From a virus, in IMG/VR virus record IMGVR_UViG_3300020469_004451, positions 1 through 64,000 of that record: a stretch of 64,000 nucleotides of DNA; one strand, 5' to 3'. The position numbers and the translations under genes are program-made. Shown here in pieces: positions 7,219 to 16,749 of the stretch; within the stretch, counting starts at the first letter, position 1; each line of letters opens with the position of its first letter. Below the pieces are notes generated by a model. It was not told where the DNA came from. It worked only from the letters and a program-made list of their open reading frames with translations, and did no database searches.

Positions 7219-8829
7219 ATGATTACTGTTCACGAAATTCATAGCGCACCGGCGGGAGAGTTATCTAGCATTAGAAGTCGTATTGAATCAGCTTACTCTA
7301 GTGGAGTGATAACTGACAATTATGCTCAAAACCATCTTTGGAGAGAATTTAACAGACGCTGTTTCTTTGCGGGGCGTAAGAGCCTTATGTTGGTTCCAAC
7401 TTATGATGGTTTTAGACCAGTTAATCTTGATATAGATCGTATTATTCTAATTGATGGAAGCAGCGACATTCAGTTGATTGACGGGAGTGGATTTATTATA
7501 CCTCTGACTTACGAGGCTCCTAGTGGAACCTTTGGCAGCAACTCTTATTCTTTTAGTAGCTCCACTCTAGACAACCTTAGTTTTGCGAATATTAAAGAAC
7601 TGGGAAGTGCTACTGAATTTACGCTCACATGCTGGATGAAAAAATTTGGCGTAGGTGCTGGAGATAGATTCATGGTTGGTAGTATAGTAAGTCTTAGTAA
7701 TTTTGTTAGCTTGATCTGGAACGGAACAGGGATAACGGCTTCAGTTACTGCATCTAGCGGAAATACCTCTGCGTCAGGAACGCAGAACTCTTCGGGATGG
7801 GTTCATTGCGCGATGGTTTTTGATGGCTCACAAGATTCGGGAGACAGGCTTAAACTTTACGTTGATGGAGAGTTAGCCGCAAGTGGGAGCTTTGGTCCTA
7901 CAAGTTTAGATTCTGATACTTTCTCTAATTTTAATATTGGAGAAATAGGTCATAACAGTCTTTTTGGTTCTGATGGTCAAACTTGCGATGTTAGACTTTT
8001 CTCTAAGGCTTTATCATCAAGTCAAATACAATCTGTATATAATTTTGAAGATATTAGTTCTGATTTAATCGGACGCTGGATTTCTGATAATGATGACACC
8101 TTAGACTACAGCCACAAGCATAGGTCTGCAATTAAAAATAATAATCCAAGATTTGTAAATGGTGGACCCCTTAACGATCTGCCGCCTTTCGGTCATAATT
8201 CAATAGAATTAGCTGGAACAGACTCATCTCCTTTTGTGGGTTCTCAGAATAAAATTCTTGATGGGACAGAAACAGAATTAACTTTAGCTTTTTGGATAAA
8301 AAGAACACACACTGGTCGTTTTAGCATTTTCGCAATTAGAGAGGCTACAAACAATCAGACTTTTTTAACTTGGGATTTCAGAGATTTTATTATATGGGGA
8401 GCTAGGAACGGCAATCCATATTTTTACAGCGATCTTATAGCCAATACATCTACAGCTTGGAATCATTTAGCGATCACTATTGATACAAGCAAAGCCACTT
8501 CAGAAAGAGCTAGATGTTTTCTTAATGGAGCTTTTCAATCAACCGCTAGTGCTAACGATACAATCTCTGATGGTTTTCTTATGCTTGGACTAAACCATTT
8601 AAGTATTCCAAGTGATACAGATGGAGAAGGAAGGTATGCTGATTGTAGAGTATACAACAGAGCTTTGTCTGATTCTGAAATTGCAGATATTTATGGTGGT
8701 CAATTGATAGAGAATGGTTTGATTCATTGGATAGCAACCGACGATCAAGATATAGAGGATAAAATTGGTAAAATACCCATGACCTCTAGTGGGGAAACTT
8801 TTATTGCGAATGACGGTCCATTCGTTTAA
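7219..8829 (+). CDS. virion fibre/lectin protein with two LamG (concanavalin-like) domains
   Basis: FTLTCW..WVHCAMVFDG..LKLYVDG..DVRLFSKALS pattern twice; start moved to ATG 7219, after the GTGTAT motif. Confidence 0.75.
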   Translation: MITVHEIHSAPAGELSSIRSRIESAYSSGVITDNYAQNHLWREFNRRCFFAGRKSLMLVPTYDGFRPVNLDIDRIILIDGSSDIQLIDGSGFIIPLTYEAPSGTFGSNSYSFSSSTLDNLSFANIKELGSATEFTLTCWMKKFGVGAGDRFMVGSIVSLSNFVSLIWNGTGITASVTASSGNTSASGTQNSSGWVHCAMVFDGSQDSGDRLKLYVDGELAASGSFGPTSLDSDTFSNFNIGEIGHNSLFGSDGQTCDVRLFSKALSSSQIQSVYNFEDISSDLIGRWISDNDDTLDYSHKHRSAIKNNNPRFVNGGPLNDLPPFGHNSIELAGTDSSPFVGSQNKILDGTETELTLAFWIKRTHTGRFSIFAIREATNNQTFLTWDFRDFIIWGARNGNPYFYSDLIANTSTAWNHLAITIDTSKATSERARCFLNGAFQSTASANDTISDGFLMLGLNHLSIPSDTDGEGRYADCRVYNRALSDSEIADIYGGQLIENGLIHWIATDDQDIEDKIGKIPMTSSGETFIANDGPFV

Positions 8830-8933
8830 AAAATACTTTACTCAGAGCATGGGTGTATTAGCTGTCCCACCCCCTTTATAATTACTGATTTTTCTATAAA
8901 TTTACTTATATCATGGTGTAAATGGTGGTATAA

Positions 8934-9392
8934 ATGGCTACTAACTTTACTGATTTTACAAGTGATGCGTCTCCTAGTGGCAACGTTGTTCTGGTAGGAC
9001 ACAACGCTGCTGGAACAGGAGAAATCAAAACTACCATTAATCAAATCTTGTCTGCTAACGAAGTTTTAGACGAGTCTTATTTTACCCCGCAGACGCTCAC
9101 TGACGGAGCCACAATCGCTTACGATGCGAGTAACGGTGTGAACGCGAAGGTGACACTGGGCGGCGACAGAACGCTCGCTGCCATCACTAATGCCGCAGAA
9201 GGGAAAAGCGGAAGCCTCACTGTCATACAGGATGCTACAGGCGGTCGTGCTTTGACGTTAGATGCTTCTCAGATTGATGTGCTTGGAACTCTTTCTGACA
9301 TCGCTGGCATGGGAGCAAATGAAGAGTGCGAAATCGCTTGGCGCAAGACGGATTCCACTAACTGCAAATTCTGGATAACGATCTCCGCATAA
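8934..9392 (+). CDS. short fibre-type virion protein
   Basis: N-terminus paralogous to 10918; TLTDGATIAYDASNG..VIQDATGGR domain typical of phage fibres. Confidence 0.6.
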   Translation: MATNFTDFTSDASPSGNVVLVGHNAAGTGEIKTTINQILSANEVLDESYFTPQTLTDGATIAYDASNGVNAKVTLGGDRTLAAITNAAEGKSGSLTVIQDATGGRALTLDASQIDVLGTLSDIAGMGANEECEIAWRKTDSTNCKFWITISA

Positions 9393-10117
9393 TGAGCGGC
9401 ATAGCAACACAAGCCGGTATGCTTCGCGGCGGGGCTGGTGAACGAATTGTTACGTCAGGTCTTGTCTTGCACTTAGATGCTGGTAATACAAGCTCATATT
9501 CTGGAAGCGGAACCATTTGGACGGACTTGAGCGGCAACGGGAATGATGGCACTCTTATGAATGGTGTTGGGTATAGTAGCGCGAATGGTGGGACTTTAGT
9601 ATTTGATGGCACTGATGATTTTGTAACTACAAGTAATCAATTAGATCCAGACGCTTACGGATTATTTGCAGATAGCGGAAATATCTGGTCAACAAGTTCT
9701 TGGTTTAATTGTGATAGATTAAACAGAGGTATTAGCTCTATCATTGGAAAAGGTGGCGGGGCGGGATCTTTTGGAAACTATCTTCTTTATCAAGCTGGAA
9801 GTGGTCTTTTTGTAAAACTGAGAGGAGGATCTACTGATAATCGTATTGGTGATATTTCCAGCAATGTATGGCATAATATTGTTGTAACTTGGGACGGAAC
9901 TACAGCAAAATCATATTTGAATAGTGTTTTCATAAAAAATCATAATGTTGGAACTGCTTCAAAGCAACAAATGAATTTTAATATAGGATCAGTGAATAAT
10001 GGATCACTGGTGTTTTTTGAGGGTAAAATAGCACAAACTTTAGTTTATAACAAAGCACTATCAGCAGTAGAAGTTACACAAAACTACAATGCACTTAAAG
10101 GACGTTTCGGCCTATAA
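9392..10117 (+). CDS. LamG-like jellyroll virion protein
   Basis: IVTSGLVLHLDAGNTSSYSGSG..WTDLSGNGN..YNKALSAVEVTQNYNALKGRFGL. Confidence 0.8.
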   Translation: MSGIATQAGMLRGGAGERIVTSGLVLHLDAGNTSSYSGSGTIWTDLSGNGNDGTLMNGVGYSSANGGTLVFDGTDDFVTTSNQLDPDAYGLFADSGNIWSTSSWFNCDRLNRGISSIIGKGGGAGSFGNYLLYQAGSGLFVKLRGGSTDNRIGDISSNVWHNIVVTWDGTTAKSYLNSVFIKNHNVGTASKQQMNFNIGSVNNGSLVFFEGKIAQTLVYNKALSAVEVTQNYNALKGRFGL

Positions 10118-10122
10118 AATTT

Positions 10123-10587
10123 ATGAAACATCAACTAATTAAAATCAACCCACTGGAGAGGGCATCTAGTCCCATTGGCGGCTTTCCTCCTATTCGCCAA
10201 CTCGCAAAAGGTCAAGAGTTTAGTTCTCCTGATGGATATACTTACGTTCCAATAATGGAGAAACCAGAGGTTCCTGATGGCAAAGAAGTCATAAGAAATC
10301 TAACCAAAGAAAGCGACACTTGGGAGATCGTTGATTCTTCGCAAAACTTAGTTTTTCAAGAAGTTAGCCGATTACAGTTGAGGCTCGCCATTATAAATAG
10401 CGATATTTTAAATCTAGAAGATTTAGATGCAGCGATCTCATCCAAGGGAACTGAGGCTAAAGTAAGGTGGGATCACGCAGATTTTATCCCTGTCGATCAC
10501 CCTCTAGTCATTGAACTCAAGAACGACTTTAATCTTTCTGATGAGCAAGTTGACACAATTTTTATCGAAGCCTCACAAATAATTTAA
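10123..10587 (+). CDS. putative fibre-assembly or chaperone protein
   Basis: C-terminal VSRLQLRLA..W..HPLV..LSDEQVDTIF pattern; follows the fibre genes. Confidence 0.5.
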   Translation: MKHQLIKINPLERASSPIGGFPPIRQLAKGQEFSSPDGYTYVPIMEKPEVPDGKEVIRNLTKESDTWEIVDSSQNLVFQEVSRLQLRLAIINSDILNLEDLDAAISSKGTEAKVRWDHADFIPVDHPLVIELKNDFNLSDEQVDTIFIEASQII

Positions 10588-10617
10588 TTTTAAAACTAAT
10601 ATAGAAAAAGGATAACA

Positions 10618-10914
10618 ATGGCTGTTATAACAGTTGCAGAAATCCATATTGCTTTAGCGTCTGAACTTCCTGATGTAAAATCTAGAATAATAAGAGATTA
10701 CGAAAGCGGTTATATTGAAGACAATTGGGCTGCACATCATGTGTGGCGAGAATTCAATAAACGGTGTATAGTATTACAGAGAGAAGAGCTACTTAAAACC
10801 CCGCATGGCGCGGGAGGTAGACCTACTCAACCTCAACCACTTGATTATTTACGAACCATTGATGGTAAGTTTATTGAAGTGGTAGAAAACTCTGAAAAAA
10901 TTTCTAGAATTTAA
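10618..10914 (+). CDS. virion adaptor paralogous to the N-terminus of 7219..8829
   Basis: ITVxEIH..EL..(V/I)(K/R)SRI..DN..H(V/L)WREFNxRC shared between the two proteins. Confidence 0.65.
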   Translation: MAVITVAEIHIALASELPDVKSRIIRDYESGYIEDNWAAHHVWREFNKRCIVLQREELLKTPHGAGGRPTQPQPLDYLRTIDGKFIEVVENSEKISRI

Positions 10915-10917
10915 TAA

Positions 10918-12150
10918 ATGGCAGATAAAAAATTTACAGATTTCGCACAAAGTTTAACTCCAGCCACAGGAGATTTTGTGGTAGGATATTCAGCATCGAG
11001 CAATGAAGAAATCCGTGTTCCAATGAACGCTATACCTGTTTCTGGTGTAGCTGGAACGGTTCAAGGGACTGATTCAAACGATCATAATATTAGATCAAGA
11101 GATCCAAATGTATCTGGTGGTGGTCTTGGTAGTGCGCGAGGAGAATCTTCTGTAGACCTCCAAACACTCCGCGCTGCCTCAAATCAGGTTGCTGCTGCGA
11201 CAAATTCTTCTATTTTAGGAGGAGAGAACAATAGTATTATTGGTGGCGCAAACCACAGCGTTATTGCAGGTGGACTAACAAACAGTGTTGCCACTGGTGC
11301 ATTTTATTCTTTTATTGGTGGAGGCGGTTCTAACTCTGTAAACGCATCATCAAGAAATTCTGTTATTGTAGGTGGAAGGTCCAATGCAACATCTAGAGAT
11401 TATGACTTTATTGGCGCTGGAAGAAACAACAAAGTCACCGAAGAACATTCAAGTGTTGTTGGTGGAGAAAGGAATCAGGCTACTTCTAACCACATCTTTG
11501 TAGGAGGCGGCGACAACAATACTTCAAGCGGTCCTTACACGATTATAGGTGGTGGAAATACTAATAACATTACCCAAACTTACTCTTCTATCGTAGGAGG
11601 TTATGACAATACTGTTAGCAGTCAGTATTCTGCCGTGGGTGGAGGAAGAGAAAATACTGCTTCTGCACATTACTCTGCTATAGCTGGTGGCTATAAAGGC
11701 AATGCAGACAAATTTGGTCAATATGCTTTTGGAGGTGGTCTTAAAGGAGGCTTTGGACTTGGAGAGGCTCAATTTGCAAAATTTGTTATTGCTAACACCA
11801 CTTCAAATAATACTCAGACAGAATTGTTTCTGGATGGTTCTAGTGCAACGCAAAGAATGACTTTAAATGCTGGAGAAACTTGGATTTTCGTAGCTACACT
11901 TGCAGGTAGGGATGGCACAGATTCTTGCGTTTTCGAAATACAAGGTGGCATACATCGAAATGGTGCTACAACAGCTTTGATACAGACTGTAACTGAGAAC
12001 TTCCACAAAAAGACTACAGGCGCTAATACTTGGGATTTTACCTTAGAGGCAGATGATACAAATGATGCTTTGGTAGCCAAGGTTACAGGTGAGACAAGTA
12101 AAACAATCAAGTGGGTAGCAACGGTAGACGTTACTTGTGTTAAATCTTAA
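10918..12150 (+). CDS. fibre/adhesin with ~14-aa GG-x-x-N beta-helical repeats
   Basis: Repeated S-x-I-(G/V)-GG-x-x-N units; MADKKFTDF anchor-type N-terminus. Confidence 0.7.
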   Translation: MADKKFTDFAQSLTPATGDFVVGYSASSNEEIRVPMNAIPVSGVAGTVQGTDSNDHNIRSRDPNVSGGGLGSARGESSVDLQTLRAASNQVAAATNSSILGGENNSIIGGANHSVIAGGLTNSVATGAFYSFIGGGGSNSVNASSRNSVIVGGRSNATSRDYDFIGAGRNNKVTEEHSSVVGGERNQATSNHIFVGGGDNNTSSGPYTIIGGGNTNNITQTYSSIVGGYDNTVSSQYSAVGGGRENTASAHYSAIAGGYKGNADKFGQYAFGGGLKGGFGLGEAQFAKFVIANTTSNNTQTELFLDGSSATQRMTLNAGETWIFVATLAGRDGTDSCVFEIQGGIHRNGATTALIQTVTENFHKKTTGANTWDFTLEADDTNDALVAKVTGETSKTIKWVATVDVTCVKS

Positions 12151-12204
12151 TGTATTAAAAATCACCCAATCAAGATTAACATAGTGTAAGAATATAAAAA
12201 TATT

Positions 12205-12648
12205 ATGAGTTTATTAGACGATAACGACAAAGATTTGAAGAAATCCAAGAATCAGCAGAAAACACAAGCAGAAACCTCAAAAAGAGCGGTTCAGTTACTT
12301 GAAGCTCCATCTGACATCTTCCAATCTAATTTGATAAATTGGCAACTTACGATGACATCTCTTTGGGGAATGGAAGGAACTTTCCCTAGAAAAAGATGGG
12401 ATGATACAAAGAAGATTCTTAACAAGATTGGAACAGACGCTTCTGAGCTTTTCGCTAAATCTAATGAGCTTTTGCAGTTTCTGGAGTCGCAAAAAGAAGG
12501 AGTTACTTCTAGTAGAGATATTACTAATTACCTAGACCTCATGTTCCCTTACACTGTCCAAGAAGATGGATCTATCACTTTGGACGAAGACGCTAGACCC
12601 CTTTCTGCTAAAGAGCTTAGTATGAGAGAGTTTACTGACGGAGAGTAA
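12205..12648 (+). CDS. hypothetical protein
   Basis: ORF track; GTGTAA 15 nt upstream. Confidence 0.65.
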   Translation: MSLLDDNDKDLKKSKNQQKTQAETSKRAVQLLEAPSDIFQSNLINWQLTMTSLWGMEGTFPRKRWDDTKKILNKIGTDASELFAKSNELLQFLESQKEGVTSSRDITNYLDLMFPYTVQEDGSITLDEDARPLSAKELSMREFTDGE

Positions 12649-12651
12649 TTG

Positions 12652-12924
12652 TTAAAAGGGTGCTTCTAGCTCCTCAATAAGACTCCAGATAAGTTTATCT
12701 TTTTCTGTAAGAACCCTTTTTGTTTTTGCGCGAATACGCTCTTCTTTATGAGGGTGTATGCTCGCTTCGCATATCTTATCATTTTCGATGTAAACCTCTG
12801 TCCAAACGTCACACATTGTAAGTTCTGGAAAGAATTTTTGACGTAGGAAAATAGAGGTTACATCGCGGCACTCTCGTTCCGTCAAGGTAATCTTTTCCTC
12901 CTTTGTTCTACAAAAAGAAATCAT
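12652..12924 (-). CDS. hypothetical protein
   Basis: ORF track 12652..12939; start 12924 follows TTGACT-17-TATCAT. Confidence 0.6.
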   Translation of the reverse strand: MISFCRTKEEKITLTERECRDVTSIFLRQKFFPELTMCDVWTEVYIENDKICEASIHPHKEERIRAKTKRVLTEKDKLIWSLIEELEAPF

Positions 12925-12982
12925 ATTAAAATGATACATTAGTTTTATCTAGAAGTCAATTAAAAAGTGTAATTTATTATAT

Positions 12983-13660
12983 ATGCCTCAGAAATCAACC
13001 TCTAGGTCGGGCCTCAACATGAGGCACATAGAACTCACCAAAAAGCAGCATGAATTTTTTAAAATCATGTCAGACCCAAAAACAAAAGTGGTATTCCTTT
13101 CGGGTCCAGCGGGTTCTTCTAAATCTTTTCTTTCAATCTATACAGCTTTATCTTTATGGTCGGATGGAGATTGCTCTGACATTCTTTATTTAAGAACTGT
13201 CGTAGAATCTGCCGAACGAAGTTTGGGATACCTCAAAGGCGGCGAGGATGAGAAATTCAGTCCTTATCTAGCTCCTTTAGAAGAAAAAGTCGATGAGATG
13301 CTACAAGCACCAGATAAACAAAGACTTAAAAGAAGTAATGCTTTGCTTGGCTCTCCTGTCAACTTTATCAGGGGTCAGGATTGGAAACAGCGCGTTGTAA
13401 TAGCTGATGAAATGCAGAACGCAACGATGAAAGAATTAATTACGGTTCTTACCAGAATGAATAAAGGGACAAGGCTTTTTATTTGTGGAGACGCTTTTCA
13501 AAGCGATATAAAAAATTCTGGTTTTTCTCAGTTATGTAAGCTTTTCGATAGCGAGGAATCTAAGGAAAACGGTGTTTACCATTTAGCTTTCGACAAAGGA
13601 GATATTCAAAGAGATGAAGTTATTTCTTTTCTATTAGATCAAATAGAAGAAATTATTTAA
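12983..13660 (+). CDS. phoH: PhoH-like ATPase
   Basis: GPAGSSKS Walker A, LGYLKG, FIRG, IADEMQN, LTR and GDAFQSD motifs. Confidence 0.92.
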   Translation: MPQKSTSRSGLNMRHIELTKKQHEFFKIMSDPKTKVVFLSGPAGSSKSFLSIYTALSLWSDGDCSDILYLRTVVESAERSLGYLKGGEDEKFSPYLAPLEEKVDEMLQAPDKQRLKRSNALLGSPVNFIRGQDWKQRVVIADEMQNATMKELITVLTRMNKGTRLFICGDAFQSDIKNSGFSQLCKLFDSEESKENGVYHLAFDKGDIQRDEVISFLLDQIEEII

Positions 13661-13711
13661 TTGTAATAATCTTTCCAAACATTTATAATTACGTGTAACC
13701 AAAATTTTGTA

Positions 13712-14077
13712 ATGATGCACGAATTTTGCGTCCAGTGTGGACATAAAAACTTATTTGAGAGCGTTAAGCCTAAATTCTGCGCTGGATGTGGGCAACCTTT
13801 TAACGTAGGCGGTGCTATCGTCTCTAGAGCTAATTCTTCTGAAGAAGAGGTTTTAGAGCAATCTGAGCAAATGCCTCAATTAAACAAAGATAAATTATCT
13901 CAAGGCTGGTCTACTCAAGTAGACAACTCTGGCTTTCCTACATTCGGGTCCATTGCTGGATCAGATGCACCTCCCGCGCGGCATCATCGCCCCAAAGGTT
14001 TCAAGGGGAAAGATGTAGTTAAATCTACCATGAAAGAATTTGGTAGGGTGACTAAAAGCAGGGAACTCGGCAAGTGA
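13712..14077 (+). CDS. zinc-ribbon protein
   Basis: CVQCG..KFCAGCG. Confidence 0.7.
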   Translation: MMHEFCVQCGHKNLFESVKPKFCAGCGQPFNVGGAIVSRANSSEEEVLEQSEQMPQLNKDKLSQGWSTQVDNSGFPTFGSIAGSDAPPARHHRPKGFKGKDVVKSTMKEFGRVTKSRELGK

Positions 14078-14081
14078 TAAC

Positions 14082-14762
14082 ATGCGAGAAAGCTTCGAAG
14101 ATAAAATCGAAGAGATTGATCAGCTTCTCGACATAAATAGGAGTAAATGGCAATTAGATGCTATTCAATGGTTCGATTACGATGATGTAAAACAGATAAT
14201 CCGTATTCACATCAATGAGAAATGGGATTTATGGATACAAGAAAGACCGTTCAAGCCTTGGTGTAGACAGGTCGTTCAGAATCAAATTAGAAATTTAATA
14301 AGGAATCATTACCTTACTTTTTCTAAACCATGTTTGAGATGTAAGCATTATGTTTCTGAAGACGGATGCGCGTTTACAAGATCAAAACAGCAAGACGATT
14401 CCTGTCCAGATTATGCTAAGTGGCTGAAAAAGAAGAAAAAGGTTTATGACGTTAAGCTTCCTCTTCCCTTAGAAGGTAGGGTTATAACAGCTTCTACAGA
14501 TTTATATGATCAATTTGATTACGAAAAAAGCGCAGATAAATTACATGCTATAGTTCTAAGAGAGTTAAACAACGAAAGACATAAAGAAGTTTATACAATG
14601 TTGTTTCTTGAAAATAAGTCTGATGAAGAGGTCGCTTTTAAAATGGGATTTAAACCTGAGAGCGCGAAAAAGAAAAAAAGGTATAAGCAATTAGACAATT
14701 TAAAAAAGAGATTCGCTGAACTAGCCCGTGAAATACTTGATTCGGAGGATATTATTGAATAA
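14082..14762 (+). CDS. phage sigma-factor-like protein with Cys-rich insertion (candidate late sigma)
   Basis: YDDVKQ..FKPWCRQVVQNQIRNLIR resembles sigma region 2; C-terminal SDEEVAFKMG helix-turn-helix; CxxC..C..C insert. Confidence 0.6.
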   Translation: MRESFEDKIEEIDQLLDINRSKWQLDAIQWFDYDDVKQIIRIHINEKWDLWIQERPFKPWCRQVVQNQIRNLIRNHYLTFSKPCLRCKHYVSEDGCAFTRSKQQDDSCPDYAKWLKKKKKVYDVKLPLPLEGRVITASTDLYDQFDYEKSADKLHAIVLRELNNERHKEVYTMLFLENKSDEEVAFKMGFKPESAKKKKRYKQLDNLKKRFAELAREILDSEDIIE

Positions 14763-15826
14763 TGGTTGAGCTAACAGCAGAGCAAAGGGAGTCTATTAGA
14801 AATACTTTTAAAGTCACCCAAGACTTAATCGAGATTACCAAAAACGTTTTCAAAAACGAAGACCTTGATGGTAGATCGCAAGAGGGTCGTGCAGTTAGAG
14901 ATTTCCTTGTTTCAGAGGGAATGAAATATAATACAACCAAAAGCACAAAAAAAACTAACGTAGAGTTAACGGATAGTCAAAAGTCTGTCCTTATGTCTAA
15001 TCAAGTTTCATCTTCAATGACCGCTCTTGAGATTGCAAGGGTGGTATTTCAAACACCTGACGTTAAATCGTTAGATGCAAGTCATAGATCAGTTATTGAA
15101 TTTTTAGAAAAATTTAGACCAGATGTGATTGACTCAAGTGCCAAAGCCGCAGACGGAAAATGGCATTCTCCTAAGTCTCATTCTATGGCTATTAGAAGGT
15201 GCAACAAATGGTGCGCTACAAGCTTGAAGGAGAATCCTGACGAACTCCCTGCGAAGCAAAGGAAGAACACAGAGAGGCTACTTGAATATTTAAACATTCA
15301 TAAATTAATTACTACAGTTAACGCTTATCGAACAGATGCCGACAGGGATTTGTTTGAATCGGAATTTGTAAGAGCAACATGGGACAAACCAGACTTAACG
15401 ACTGACGAACTCAATCTTTATATGATGATTTGTTCTAATTTTGTCAGGGCCAAGCACATTCAAAACAGAATGGATATCTTTACTGATATGCTCGAAAACG
15501 AGGAGCTTGAGAGCCAAGACATCAATATGCGCCTTACAGAACATATTAAGGCTACCAACGATGAGTTGAATGCTTGTGAAAAAAGGATCGAAAGCTTAAC
15601 TCAAAAACTAAATGGTGATAGAGCCAAAAAACTAGAAAAGAAGGGTGAAAACACTCAAAACATTCTTTCTTTAGTAGAAGCCTTTCAAGATGAGGAAGAA
15701 AGGCAAAGGCTAGTAATGATGGCAGAACAAAGACTGTCACTCGTTGAAAAAGAGGCAGATAGACTAGAATCTTTAGACGAATACAAAGCTCGTATATTTG
15801 GAACAAGCAAAGAGGAACTCTTATGA
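14762..15826 (+). CDS. helical hypothetical protein (possible terminase small subunit)
   Basis: Coiled-coil C-terminus; position upstream of TerL is the only support for TerS. Confidence 0.4.
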   Translation: MVELTAEQRESIRNTFKVTQDLIEITKNVFKNEDLDGRSQEGRAVRDFLVSEGMKYNTTKSTKKTNVELTDSQKSVLMSNQVSSSMTALEIARVVFQTPDVKSLDASHRSVIEFLEKFRPDVIDSSAKAADGKWHSPKSHSMAIRRCNKWCATSLKENPDELPAKQRKNTERLLEYLNIHKLITTVNAYRTDADRDLFESEFVRATWDKPDLTTDELNLYMMICSNFVRAKHIQNRMDIFTDMLENEELESQDINMRLTEHIKATNDELNACEKRIESLTQKLNGDRAKKLEKKGENTQNILSLVEAFQDEEERQRLVMMAEQRLSLVEKEADRLESLDEYKARIFGTSKEELL

Positions 15827-16749
15827 GTGTTACTTGTAAGCAATGTGGCGCTACATTTAAAACATTACGTGGTCTTCACTCTCACGTTAAGGTTCATGGG
15901 GGTCAAGAGGTGTATTATCATACCCACTATCCTCGCTTGGATTTATACGATGGATCTCTAATAAAGTTCAAGAACAAAGATAGATACTTCTCTACATTTT
16001 TTAATTCATCAGAAAACAGAGAGGCTTATTACTCCTCTACTCCAGCTTCAGAATCTCGTAAAGTATATTTAGAAGAATTTTTAACTCACGCTAAATATAA
16101 AAATATAGACTTCATTCCTTGCGATAATTACTTTAAATTTAGTAAGCTCTCTGGTGTTAAGGTTATCAAAAAATTATTTGAATCTTGTGCTTGTTTTGCT
16201 GATCAATCTGATTTGAGGCAAATATATACAGAAAAATTGCCTAAGAGCTTTTGGGATAGAGACAAGGGGCTAGATGAAATGACGGTCTTTGTAGACACTA
16301 GAGAGCAAAAGCCTTTTGAATTTAAAAATAGCATTATCAATAAATTAGATTTTGGCGACTACGTTGCTTCTGGAAATTTTTTTAATAAAACTTACGTAGA
16401 CAGAAAGAGCTTGGAGGATTTTAAAGGAACATTTGGAAAAGGTTATCAAAGGTTCAAACAAGAAGCGGAAAGGGCGAAGCAGTTTGATTCTTATCTTTTT
16501 GTAGTTGTTGAAGCCAGCATAAAGCAAATAGAACAAGAAAACGAGATTTCGAAACATCCTTCTAGGTTAAATTATATTTTTCATAATGTAAGAGACTTTC
16601 TTCTTTCTTATCCAGATAATAGTCAAATTGTATTCTGCGATAGTAGAGGAGAAGCTAATGATATAACAAAACGTATATTATTTAATGGTCCTATTTTATG
16701 GGACTGCGATTTTCAATATTTTTTAGATAAAAGACATGGCTTGGAGTAA
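15823..16749 (+). CDS. C2H2 zinc finger + ERCC4/XPF-type nuclease
   Basis: CKQC..HVKVH; VDTREQKP..GDY..DRKS..DF. Confidence 0.75.
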   Translation: MSVTCKQCGATFKTLRGLHSHVKVHGGQEVYYHTHYPRLDLYDGSLIKFKNKDRYFSTFFNSSENREAYYSSTPASESRKVYLEEFLTHAKYKNIDFIPCDNYFKFSKLSGVKVIKKLFESCACFADQSDLRQIYTEKLPKSFWDRDKGLDEMTVFVDTREQKPFEFKNSIINKLDFGDYVASGNFFNKTYVDRKSLEDFKGTFGKGYQRFKQEAERAKQFDSYLFVVVEASIKQIEQENEISKHPSRLNYIFHNVRDFLLSYPDNSQIVFCDSRGEANDITKRILFNGPILWDCDFQYFLDKRHGLE

